From: Candidatus Adlerbacteria bacterium
GTDB taxonomy: Bacteria; Patescibacteriota; Minisyncoccia; Phycocordibacterales; SBAW01
Reading direction: 5' to 3'
Assembly (NCBI GenBank): GCA_043734325.1
Contig: JAYTFN010000082.1
Span: forward strand, 1 to 36,636
DNA length: 36,636 nucleotides
How positions within the stretch are numbered: position 1 is the stretch's first letter; each line of letters opens with the position of its first letter. The notes beneath the pieces are model-generated. The model was not told the DNA's origin. It saw only the letters and a program-made list of their open reading frames with translations, and ran no database searches. Position numbers and translations under genes: made by a program. Below, piece after piece: positions 14,568 to 22,037 of the stretch.

Positions 14568-15275
14568 ATGGTACAAGAAAATATGGAACCGAGCGGCAAG
14601 AGTCCGCCTAATAAAATTGAAGGAGAAAAAACAGTTGGCGCGCCTGAAGTGGCGGCAGAGGTTGCTCCCGAAGTAGCGATAAAAGGAGTGGAAGAAAAAG
14701 AAGATATTTCAGAGCGATTACGCGAAGCAACCGAGTGCCTGAAGATAGTAGCAAAACTTTTGGGGGATTCTTATGTGTTCCTGGACCCCGACACCATAGC
14801 TTGGGAAATACAAACGGTTGATGGTCAGCAAGTACCTGTACTCTCCTTTGACGATATAGACATGTACAGGCTTGTAAACGAACAAAGCCCTGAGACGCAA
14901 GAGGAATGCAACAAGAACCTCAAAAAAATCTTTACTTTATTTACAGAAGAGGAAAAAAAGTTACAAGAGGCACAGAGACCAAACAAAATAGATTGCGGTC
15001 CAAGACTGACAGATATTGAATCTGCATTCGCTTCATTTGCTTCATACTTTGACCTCAAACATTTACACACAATTAAGACGCTGGATGAAGCTTTACAAAG
15101 CTCCGAAAGAGAAGCGGCGAAGCAATTCCTTTTAGCAATATTTTCTCAGATTCAAAAGCTGCAAGTCGAGACGAATATTACACAAGAACAGTTACACACG
15201 GTGAACCGTGAGTACCGAGAGCACTACCATGCAGTTGGGACTATTTCTTTCGGCATAGTGGACCACACCCGATAA
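14568..15275 (+). CDS. Hypothetical acidic protein, no recognisable domain
   Basis: The 235-aa ORF has a disordered N-terminus (APEVAAEVAPEVA) and a helical, Glu/Gln-rich remainder. The start is uncertain, with a second ATG 5 codons downstream. It has no obvious terminator of its own. Confidence 0.5.
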   Translation: MVQENMEPSGKSPPNKIEGEKTVGAPEVAAEVAPEVAIKGVEEKEDISERLREATECLKIVAKLLGDSYVFLDPDTIAWEIQTVDGQQVPVLSFDDIDMYRLVNEQSPETQEECNKNLKKIFTLFTEEEKKLQEAQRPNKIDCGPRLTDIESAFASFASYFDLKHLHTIKTLDEALQSSEREAAKQFLLAIFSQIQKLQVETNITQEQLHTVNREYREHYHAVGTISFGIVDHTR

Positions 15276-15402
15276 AAATTACTGAGGAAAATGGAGATAA
15301 TTCCTATATATACTTTTTATGTTTTCTAATATACTTTCTTAAGTCTTCCTTGCCCGCGTCGGGCACTCTCCACATAGAGGATGGGACACAATTCGTATTC
15401 TT

Positions 15403-15438
15403 CTTTAACAAGTAGCTTTCGAGCTACCCTAAGCGAGT
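15403..15438 (+). repeat. 36-bp direct repeat, right copy
   Basis: CTTTAACAAGTAGCTTTCGAGCTACCCTAAGCGAGT is 31/36 identical to 13181-13216. It contains a TAGCT-TTCG-AGCTA mini-hairpin and lies 14 nt upstream of a consensus -35 box. Confidence 0.8.
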
Positions 15439-15451
15439 AATACCGCTCTGC

Positions 15452-15479
15452 TTGACAAGTTTTCATAACCTGATATAAT
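15452..15479 (+). promoter_or_regulatory. Near-consensus sigma70 promoter
   Basis: TTGACA (15452-15457), a 16-nt spacer, then TATAAT (15474-15479). Confidence 0.65.
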
Positions 15480-15538
15480 ATTATTAGGTGCACCCAGTGA
15501 GGTGCTAACGCGCCGTTCGCGCAAAGGGAGTACTAAAC

Positions 15539-15859
15539 ATGGTAGAAGCAATAAATGAGTTCCTGTTGCAGGATAGAGTTTCAAGTATTATTGTGGTACT
15601 GCTCATTTTTGCATTTTTATGGTGGGGGGCCGAATTATTATTTCGACTGGGAAAAGAATACCGAGTTTCCCTAATCCAGATCATTAGGATCTGGATTAGG
15701 GAATGGGTAGAGTGGGCATGCCTAGCCATGCTTGCAATTGGGCTAGTACTAGCCCTTTTAGCTGGCTGGGTATGGATCCTTCTAGCCACTTTTGCCGTCG
15801 CCTGGCATGCCACGGCAAAAGTAAGCTACAGGTTTAAGTTGCGCTTGATCAAGAATTAA
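15539..15859 (+). CDS. Possible small Trp-rich membrane protein (106 aa); coding status uncertain
   Basis: An AAGGGAG RBS lies about 9 nt upstream of the ATG, and 2-3 hydrophobic segments are predicted. However, the ORF contains three long perfect inverted repeats, and a co-extensive shadow ORF lies on the opposite strand. Confidence 0.45.
   Translation: MVEAINEFLLQDRVSSIIVVLLIFAFLWWGAELLFRLGKEYRVSLIQIIRIWIREWVEWACLAMLAIGLVLALLAGWVWILLATFAVAWHATAKVSYRFKLRLIKN
15667..15703. repeat. Perfect 16-bp inverted repeat with a 5-nt loop
   Basis: TTCCCTAATCCAGATC attag GATCTGGATTAGGGAA. Confidence 0.9.
15740..15755. repeat. Perfect 16-bp palindrome
   Basis: GGGCTAGTACTAGCCC, followed by TTTTAG. Confidence 0.85.
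15789..15821. repeat. Perfect 10-bp inverted repeat enclosing a GGCATGCC palindrome
   Basis: CTTTTGCCGT cgcctggcatgcc ACGGCAAAAG. Confidence 0.85.
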
Positions 15860-15861
15860 AA

Positions 15862-15893
15862 ATGCCCCGGACACATGTTGTGTTCCGGGGCAT
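15862..15893. terminator. Bidirectional terminator hairpin between the 15539 ORF and rarA
   Basis: ATGCCCCGGACAC-atgtt-GTGTTCCGGGGCAT forms a 13-bp stem with one bulge. The minus strand continues with TTTTAATTCTT. Confidence 0.65.
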
Positions 15894-15909
15894 TACTATA
15901 TTCACATTA

Positions 15910-17106
15910 TTACTGCAAATACTTTTTTCCTTTTATTCTATCCGGTAAATAAGATTCGGTGTCATATTTTGTATAATTTTTTCCATAGCCGAGATTTTTC
16001 ATAAGTTTGGTCGGAGCATTCCGGATACTCATAGGGATAGGTAAGTTTCCCATCTGCTTCACATCCTTAAGCGCCTCGAAATACGCATCGTGTGAGTTTC
16101 TGCTTTTCTTGCATTCTGCCAAATACGCGACGCCGTGGGCCAAATTTATTTGACACTCGGGGTATCCTATAATTTCACACGCTCGAAATACTTCGTTCGC
16201 CACAACAAGCGCTGTCGGGACCGCAAGACCAATGTCTTCACTGGCGAAAATTACCATACGCCTAGCTATAAACAACGGGTCTTCGCCTGCGTCTACCATG
16301 CGAGCTAGGTAGTAGAGCGCCGCATCACCTTGGCTTGCACGCATTGATTTTATAAAGGCCGATATGGTGTTGTAGTGCTCTTCCCCTTTTTTATCGTACC
16401 GAAGGTGTTTGCTCTGCACCGTTTCCTTAAGCGTCTCAAGCGATATTTTCCCGTACAGCTTTTGCGTATTTTCTACCACTGTAATTGCTTGTCGAGCATC
16501 CCCTTGCGCCATTTCAATGAGCCAGTCACGAGCATCTTTGGGGATTTTTTTACTTACCTTTTCACCGAGCAGCTGTCGAGTCGCTCGCGCCAGTATATTC
16601 TCCATATCAGGAGGCGTTAGTTCATTAAGGACAAATACCCGACAACGCGACAAAAGTGCAGGAATTACCTCAAACGAAGGGTTCTCGGTCGTAGCGCCTA
16701 TAAGTGTTAACTCTCCCCGTTCTACAAAAGGTAGCAAGAAATCCTGCTGGGCTTTATTAAAGCGATGTATCTCATCTATAAATAGCACTTTAGGCTGCCC
16801 GGGAAATACAAAGGACTGTCCTTTGTACTGCCGAGAACTGTCCTTTGCGTTCATGCCCAAAATGCGTTTTATGTCGTCTTTGCCTGAGTCTACGGCTGAA
16901 AGTTCATAAAAATCGGCTTCTAAAGCGTTAGCGTAAATCCGCGCAAGGGTCGTTTTTCCGCTCCCAGGCGGCCCCCATAACAAAAAGGAAAAAAGATGTT
17001 TGCCTTCTGTGGCCTCGCGCAGAGGTTTTTTCTTCCCAACCAGATGTTCTTGTCCGACAAACTCATCCAGAGACTTCGGCCGAATTTTACTGGCAAGTGG
17101 TTCCAT
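15910..17106 (-). CDS. rarA: Replication-associated recombination protein A (AAA+ ATPase RarA/MgsA)
   Basis: It has Walker A GPPGSGKTT, Walker B LFIDEIHRFNKAQQD, GATTENPSFEV, and the MgsA C-terminal domains (DAALYYLARM, ASEDIGLA, RNAPTKLMK). Confidence 0.92.
   Translation of the reverse strand: MEPLASKIRPKSLDEFVGQEHLVGKKKPLREATEGKHLFSFLLWGPPGSGKTTLARIYANALEADFYELSAVDSGKDDIKRILGMNAKDSSRQYKGQSFVFPGQPKVLFIDEIHRFNKAQQDFLLPFVERGELTLIGATTENPSFEVIPALLSRCRVFVLNELTPPDMENILARATRQLLGEKVSKKIPKDARDWLIEMAQGDARQAITVVENTQKLYGKISLETLKETVQSKHLRYDKKGEEHYNTISAFIKSMRASQGDAALYYLARMVDAGEDPLFIARRMVIFASEDIGLAVPTALVVANEVFRACEIIGYPECQINLAHGVAYLAECKKSRNSHDAYFEALKDVKQMGNLPIPMSIRNAPTKLMKNLGYGKNYTKYDTESYLPDRIKGKKYLQ
16807..16850. 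repeat. Palindromic element copy 2, inside rarA
   Basis: TACAAAGGACTGTCCTTTGTACTGCCGAGAACTGTCCTTTGCGT shares 37/44 identity with 2562-2605. Its first 21 nt form a perfect palindrome. Confidence 0.85.
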
Positions 17107-17131
17107 ACATACAGTGTACCACTGGAAAATA

Positions 17132-17160
17132 TTGACAATATATTAAAAAATTGTTAATTA
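17132..17160 (+). promoter_or_regulatory. Promoter candidate for the ECF sigma operon
   Basis: TTGACA (17132-17137), a 17-nt spacer ending in TGT, then TAATTA (17155-17160). This has the form of an extended -10 promoter. Confidence 0.45.
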
Positions 17161-17257
17161 GGATTTTTTCGATTAAAATACAGCAGTTGTAAGTGCACAA
17201 CCTAGCGCAAGACTGTACTGTGCAGTTATTTTTTAGTTACTTGTTACAATACATTCA

Positions 17258-17827
17258 ATGGATAGGACTGACGAAGATTTGCTCGCCGCATTTATACGTG
17301 GCGACGAAGAGGCCTTTTCGATTCTTGTCGAGAGGCATCTCAGGACTGTCTATTCATTTGTTATGCGTTTTGTCGGCGACTCACACGACGCAGAAGATAT
17401 TGTTCAGGATACATTTCTTAAAGCATGGAAAAGTGCAGCGCAGTACCGAGTCGAGGCAAGTAAATTTAAGACATGGGTTTTGCGCATAGCACGCAACACA
17501 GCTATTGATTTCTTACGTAAACGTAAACATATTCCCTTTTCGGAATTTGACACTGACACTGGTCAAAATGTGCTTTTAGAAACGATTGAGGACACTACAG
17601 AGTTAGCTGACGAGCTTTTTGCGCGTGCAGAGGATTCAGAAGTACTTACTCAAGCACTAAAAGTGCTGTCGCATAGTGCACGCGAAATACTAATTTTGCA
17701 CTACACGAATGGACTAACATTTTTAGAAATTGGAGAAATTCTTGGGGAACCACAAAATACAGTCAAGAGTCGACACCACAGAGCCATTCTAACCCTACGT
17801 CTGACTCTAGAAAAACTACCTCAGTAA
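17258..17827 (+). CDS. ECF-type RNA polymerase sigma factor (sigma-70 family, group 4)
   Basis: Region 2 reads AEDIVQDTFLKAWKS...KTWVLRIARNTAIDFLRKR. Region 4 reads REILILHYTNGLTFLEIGEILGEPQNTVKSRHHRA. Confidence 0.9.
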   Translation: MDRTDEDLLAAFIRGDEEAFSILVERHLRTVYSFVMRFVGDSHDAEDIVQDTFLKAWKSAAQYRVEASKFKTWVLRIARNTAIDFLRKRKHIPFSEFDTDTGQNVLLETIEDTTELADELFARAEDSEVLTQALKVLSHSAREILILHYTNGLTFLEIGEILGEPQNTVKSRHHRAILTLRLTLEKLPQ

Positions 17828-17864
17828 GGCACCAAAGGGTAGTACACTCACGTATATATCAGCT

Positions 17865-18269
17865 ATGGACAGAGATAGTCTACAAGTGGCACTTCGAGAA
17901 ATGAACCCTCCACAACCATTGTGTCAACAAGTGTTTTCATGCATTTTAAGTGAAAGACGCCATGCTGCCCGACAGCGCATGGTACTCCAGAGCATATTTT
18001 GCTTTACCATCGGCCTCGCACTTGTCCCACTAATACAATATGCAGGGCACGAGTTTTTTAACTCAGGCTTCTATGAATACGCATTACTTTTTTTCTCTGA
18101 CAGTAATTTGATTTTAAGCTCTTGGCGTGTCGTGGCGTACGCGCTTATAGAGTCACTTCCCTCTATCCCCCTGCTTCTTATTATCCTGTGTTGCGCATCT
18201 CTCGTTTGGTCACTACGTCTTGTGGTACGCAATAGTCGTATTGCATTCATGACGTTGTCACCGCATTAA
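17865..18269 (+). CDS. Putative membrane anti-sigma factor (call based on position)
   Basis: It lies immediately downstream of the ECF sigma gene. A short cytoplasmic N-terminus is followed by TM segments. No zf-HC2 motif was recognised. Confidence 0.45.
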   Translation: MDRDSLQVALREMNPPQPLCQQVFSCILSERRHAARQRMVLQSIFCFTIGLALVPLIQYAGHEFFNSGFYEYALLFFSDSNLILSSWRVVAYALIESLPSIPLLLIILCCASLVWSLRLVVRNSRIAFMTLSPH

Positions 18270-18270
18270 A

Positions 18271-18738
18271 ATGACTGACCTGCGTACTCAATTTAGAAAA
18301 ATTTTTTCAACTAAAAGAGCAGCTATTTTTAGCATAATTGTATGCGAAATTTTTGTGGGGCTGCTCATTTTCCACGCAGGCACCGCATATGGCGTGCGGC
18401 ATGCGTCTGGTCGAATGCATGCGAAAGAACATACATTTTTAACATCTCCTTTTGGTATACTGTCCCATAGTTTTATGCCTGGCGAACATGGAGCAGTGGG
18501 CACTATCATGAGTATTTCTAGTTCAACACTGCTTTTAAAAACTCGTGAAGGAGGCACACAAACAGTACATACCGATGAACATACTGCAGTTAGAGGTCCG
18601 TCAGGTACTATGGTACGAACGGGGCTTATGGTTGGCGACACCGTCACTATCGTTGGCAATCCCAACCAAAATTCGGACCAAATAAACGCACTATTCATTC
18701 GAGTAGTATCAAGTGCAGCTACTATTCCGGGTCGATAA
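18271..18738 (+). CDS. Membrane-anchored hypothetical protein (DUF5666-like beta domain?)
   Basis: The start lies 1 nt after the preceding stop. An N-terminal TM segment is followed by a C-terminal region (GDTVTIVGNPNQNSDQINALFIRVV) that resembles OB-like DUF5666 repeats. Confidence 0.5.
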   Translation: MTDLRTQFRKIFSTKRAAIFSIIVCEIFVGLLIFHAGTAYGVRHASGRMHAKEHTFLTSPFGILSHSFMPGEHGAVGTIMSISSSTLLLKTREGGTQTVHTDEHTAVRGPSGTMVRTGLMVGDTVTIVGNPNQNSDQINALFIRVVSSAATIPGR

Positions 18739-18834
18739 TATTTTATACTCCTTCTAAAATAGCATTACGGCCAGATATACTCTCGGGTAGATGTTAACCG
18801 AATAGAGGTACCTAATTGCCGGACAGTTATTTTC

Positions 18835-20511
18835 CTATTTTAAAATTTTGTTTTGTTTTTTTACCGAAGGTAAGTCGAGGTGCAGTAAGGCGGCACTATA
18901 GGTCAAGCCAACTTTTTTGCCGGGATTAAAAATATTATGCGGGTCAAATATCTTTTTTACTTCCAAAAAGAGTGCATACATATCACGCCCAAACATTTTT
19001 TCAACGTAGGGAGTACGGACCAATCCATCATTGTGCTCGCCGGTAATTGACCCTTGATAGGAAATGACCAGGTCGTATACTTTGTGCGAAAGTTCATCAA
19101 TTAGCTTCACTATTTTTGGGTCTTTAGGGTCAATGAGAGGAATAATGTGAAAATTCCCATCACCAACATGACCCGCTATGGTGTATTGCAAATTGTAGTG
19201 AGACAAAATACCCTGCAGTTTAGGCAAAAATTCTGGCAAGGTCACTGGAGGCACAACAAAGTCATCAATAAAAGGGGCCGTACGTTTACCGCGTACTTTT
19301 TGACGCAAAAGGTTAAAGCTTTCACGTCGTATGACCCAATACTTTTTTGCGGCTGCTTCGCTTTTAGCTACCCGCACCCCGACATGAGGCTGCGTCTCTT
19401 TAATTTCAAGGGCTAACGCTTCAGCCTTATCGAGCGCTTCCTTTTGCGTACCGGCACGGAACTCGGCCAAAAGTACCAGTTTTGGTACGCCGCCAGTAAG
19501 CATCATCCACATCTCAGGCATAAAAGAAAAAGCAAGAGAAAAAATACCTGCTTTCATTTTAGTTGCAAACTCAGGGAAATATTTGACCCCAAGCTTAAAA
19601 GTATTGTCGTCATAGGATTCAAAACTATCCGGTTTACTCAATAGTACTTGAGGAACTATCGGCCCTAACTCAGCTAAATTATCTAAAAACAATACGGTCA
19701 TAGCGGCATACGGCTTTGGTTGTACCAGACCAATTTTTACTTCTGTAATTATACCCAGCGTCCCTTGTGCCCCGACCATAAGGCGGGCTAGGTTAAGCGA
19801 CTTTTCACCATCGCCGATATCCCAAAGAGCGTATCCTGAAGAGTTTTTTTCAACATGCGGCTTTGCCTTTTCTATCACCTTCTTATGAGTTTTTACTAAC
19901 TTTGACATACTGCGATATATATCACCTTCAAATCCTTCTTCTGAAAGTTTAAGCTGAAGCTCGTGACCTTTAAGGTTTTTCAAAAGATGCGGTTGACCAT
20001 CGGACAACACAACACCAAGCTCTTCGACGTACCGCGCAGTCTTACCGTATTTTAAATTTTTCTCACCTCCCGAGTTATTAGCGACCATGCCGCCAATAGT
20101 ATTTAGCTCTCTCGATGCAGTGTAACTCGGTAATTCTAAATTTTTCTTTTTAGTTTCTCGATCAAAATCCCGAAAATACATACCCGGTTGCACGACCGCA
20201 CTGTCGGAAGTAAGCTCAATAAGCTTATCAAAGTGTGCAGTCATGTCTAAAATAATAGAATCATTCAGCGGACCGCCAGACATGTCCGTACCCGCTGAGC
20301 GTGCCGTAATAGAGATATGTGTGTCGGGCTTTTCTTTTTTTAAATTAACAAACTGTACTACCGAAGCAACATCTTCGGTGTCTACGGGCGATACAACGAC
20401 CTTTGGTTTTACAACAAAAAGACTTGCATCGCGCGAAAACTTTTCAAGTGTCGCAGAAGATTCATCCACCTTGCCCTTTATAATTTTTTGTATTTCTTGT
20501 CCTAAAGTCAT
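18835..20511 (-). CDS. FAD-binding oxidoreductase (GlcD / D-lactate dehydrogenase-like, FAD_binding_4 + FAD-oxidase_C)
   Basis: The 558-aa ORF carries ARSAGTDMSGG, TIGGMVANNSGG, GTLGIITEV and GSITGEHNDGLVR motifs. Confidence 0.85.
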   Translation of the reverse strand: MTLGQEIQKIIKGKVDESSATLEKFSRDASLFVVKPKVVVSPVDTEDVASVVQFVNLKKEKPDTHISITARSAGTDMSGGPLNDSIILDMTAHFDKLIELTSDSAVVQPGMYFRDFDRETKKKNLELPSYTASRELNTIGGMVANNSGGEKNLKYGKTARYVEELGVVLSDGQPHLLKNLKGHELQLKLSEEGFEGDIYRSMSKLVKTHKKVIEKAKPHVEKNSSGYALWDIGDGEKSLNLARLMVGAQGTLGIITEVKIGLVQPKPYAAMTVLFLDNLAELGPIVPQVLLSKPDSFESYDDNTFKLGVKYFPEFATKMKAGIFSLAFSFMPEMWMMLTGGVPKLVLLAEFRAGTQKEALDKAEALALEIKETQPHVGVRVAKSEAAAKKYWVIRRESFNLLRQKVRGKRTAPFIDDFVVPPVTLPEFLPKLQGILSHYNLQYTIAGHVGDGNFHIIPLIDPKDPKIVKLIDELSHKVYDLVISYQGSITGEHNDGLVRTPYVEKMFGRDMYALFLEVKKIFDPHNIFNPGKKVGLTYSAALLHLDLPSVKKQNKILK

Positions 20512-20598
20512 TACTAAAATACTAGCACGATTTATTTACTATTAACGTAACATGTTTTAAAAAACACTACACTGACCACTCAGTATGCAGTTTATTTT

Positions 20599-21645
20599 TT
20601 AGGCAGTTGGGTCAGGATGCAGCTTGTAGACATTTTCTATTTCCGCAAGCAATTCCGATGTGAGTTCAAGGTCTCGCGCCTGCATATCCTCCGTAAGTTG
20701 GTCAACAGTTGTTGCGCCTAAGATAACGCTCGTTGTGAAGTCGCGCATAGAAACGTACGCTAAAGCCATTGCAGCAGGCGATACATTATATTTTTTTGCT
20801 ATTGCTACGTATTTTTCGACTGCCTCTTGCGTATGAGGTGGGTTGTAGCGGTCAATGTTTCTTTCAAATATAGTGAAACGTGCGTTGAGAGGTTTTTGCC
20901 CACCCAGATACTTTCCGGTCAACACACCCATCGAGAGCGATGAATATGCCAGTAACCCGATATTTTCTCGCAAACACATTTCTGATAAACCTATTTCAAA
21001 CGTACGATTGATAAGCGAGTATTGGTTTTGTATTGTTGAAATTTTCGTATATCCTTTCTCTCGCGACAGACGCAGATATTCGGATATACCCCACGGTGTT
21101 TCATTTGATACTCCTATAGCGCGAACTTTACCTTCTGTAACGAGTTCAGTCAGAGCACTGAGAGTTTCTTCTATTGACGCGCCATCGGTCTGAGTATCGA
21201 CAGACATAACGCCGCGCGGACCCCAAAAATTACCTTGGCGATCAGGGGAATGCACTTGGTATACATCGAGATAGTCAGTACCTAGGCGCGAAAGTGAACC
21301 TTCCACAGCGTCGCGTATATTTTGTCGAGAGAGTCCTGACGCTATTCGAGTACCTATGGAATTTTTCTGATGACCGCTCGCTACCTTACTGGCAATAACT
21401 AAGTCTTTTCGTTTACCACTTTTTGCAAGCCAGGATCCCAGATATCGCTCCGTTGTGCCTTGTTTCTCTTTATCTGGCGGTATCGGATACACTTCTGCGG
21501 TATCTATAAAGTTTATCCCCTGCTCAATTGCATACTCAAGCTGCTCGTGCGCCTGAGATTCTGTATTTTGTTGTCCCCAATTCATAGTACCCAGACATAA
21601 TGACGTTACCGTAATATCTGTTCCCGGTAGTGTTCGTTTTTGCAT
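20599..21645 (-). CDS. NADP(H)-dependent aldo/keto reductase (Tas-like)
   Basis: The ORF reads LCLGTMNWG...INFIDTAEVYP...VIASKV...LDVYQVHSPD...IGVSNETPWG...QNQYSLINR. Confidence 0.9.
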   Translation of the reverse strand: MQKRTLPGTDITVTSLCLGTMNWGQQNTESQAHEQLEYAIEQGINFIDTAEVYPIPPDKEKQGTTERYLGSWLAKSGKRKDLVIASKVASGHQKNSIGTRIASGLSRQNIRDAVEGSLSRLGTDYLDVYQVHSPDRQGNFWGPRGVMSVDTQTDGASIEETLSALTELVTEGKVRAIGVSNETPWGISEYLRLSREKGYTKISTIQNQYSLINRTFEIGLSEMCLRENIGLLAYSSLSMGVLTGKYLGGQKPLNARFTIFERNIDRYNPPHTQEAVEKYVAIAKKYNVSPAAMALAYVSMRDFTTSVILGATTVDQLTEDMQARDLELTSELLAEIENVYKLHPDPTA

Positions 21646-21694
21646 GTACGTACTATACCATTTAAAATAAAACAGCGACGAAAAACCTTACGTA

Positions 21695-21748
21695 ACATAA
21701 AACATTGAAAATACCACAGTTCATATACAACTATGGCATTTTCAATGT
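21695..21748 (-). terminator. Long hairpin terminator downstream of the lmo0937-type gene
   Basis: The 20-bp arms are ACATTGAAAATACCACAGTT and AACTATGGCATTTTCAATGT (18/20). Both mismatches become G:U pairs only in the minus-strand RNA. The minus strand continues with TTTTATG. Confidence 0.55.
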
Positions 21749-21786
21749 CTTTTACGTTAGACAAACCGTACATTCACACTACTACA

Positions 21787-21936
21787 CTAGAGGACACGTT
21801 CACCGTTAATGAGTCGTATAAGCACAACTATTATAGCGACCACCAGTAAGATATGGATAAATCCACCTAGAGTGAATGACGTGACAAGCCCTAAGAGCCA
21901 TAAAACCACAAGGATGACTGCAATAGTCCACAACAT
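21787..21936 (-). CDS. lmo0937-family small membrane protein (49 aa), absent from the ORF track
   Basis: My own translation gives MLWTIAVILVVLWLLGLVTSFTLGGFIHILLVVAIIVVLIRLINGERVL. It matches the conserved MLWTI...LWLLG...GG.IH.LLV.A....I.RLI.G pattern of this family. Confidence 0.75.
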   Translation of the reverse strand: MLWTIAVILVVLWLLGLVTSFTLGGFIHILLVVAIIVVLIRLINGERVL

Positions 21937-22037
21937 ATAGTTTTATTTAGAAAATAGTAATGTGCCAACCCTTGCATGGGCGCATGAGCGACTCATACAT
22001 ATCACAACACTATGCATGAAATTTAGCTTAAGAGGAG

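Noticed and set aside
13569-14576. These are the long minus-strand ORFs 13569-13922 and 14091-14576, antisense to the PEP-CTERM gene.
   Set aside because: They are Arg/Pro/Ala-rich shadow frames typical of the antisense strand of G+C-rich coding DNA. They have no RBS and no motifs. The plus-strand gene has a signal peptide, a sorting signal, an RBS and a terminator.
15505-15813. This is a 102-aa minus-strand ORF co-extensive with the 15539-15859 ORF.
   Set aside because: It is a by-product of the palindromic DNA in this segment. It has no promoter or RBS on that strand, whereas the plus strand has both.
16375-16909. These are plus-strand ORFs of 81 and 166 aa inside rarA. Similar antisense ORFs lie inside uvrA, uvrB, tgt, typA, the FAD oxidase, the AKR and other genes.
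   Set aside because: All of them lie antisense to, or out of frame with, genes that have unambiguous conserved motifs. They have low-complexity or odd composition and no recognisable domains.
21851-21864. This is a DnaA-box-like TATGGATAA, an 8/9 match to TGTGGATAA.
   Set aside because: It is a single imperfect box inside the lmo0937-type coding sequence, with no cluster and no AT-rich unwinding element.
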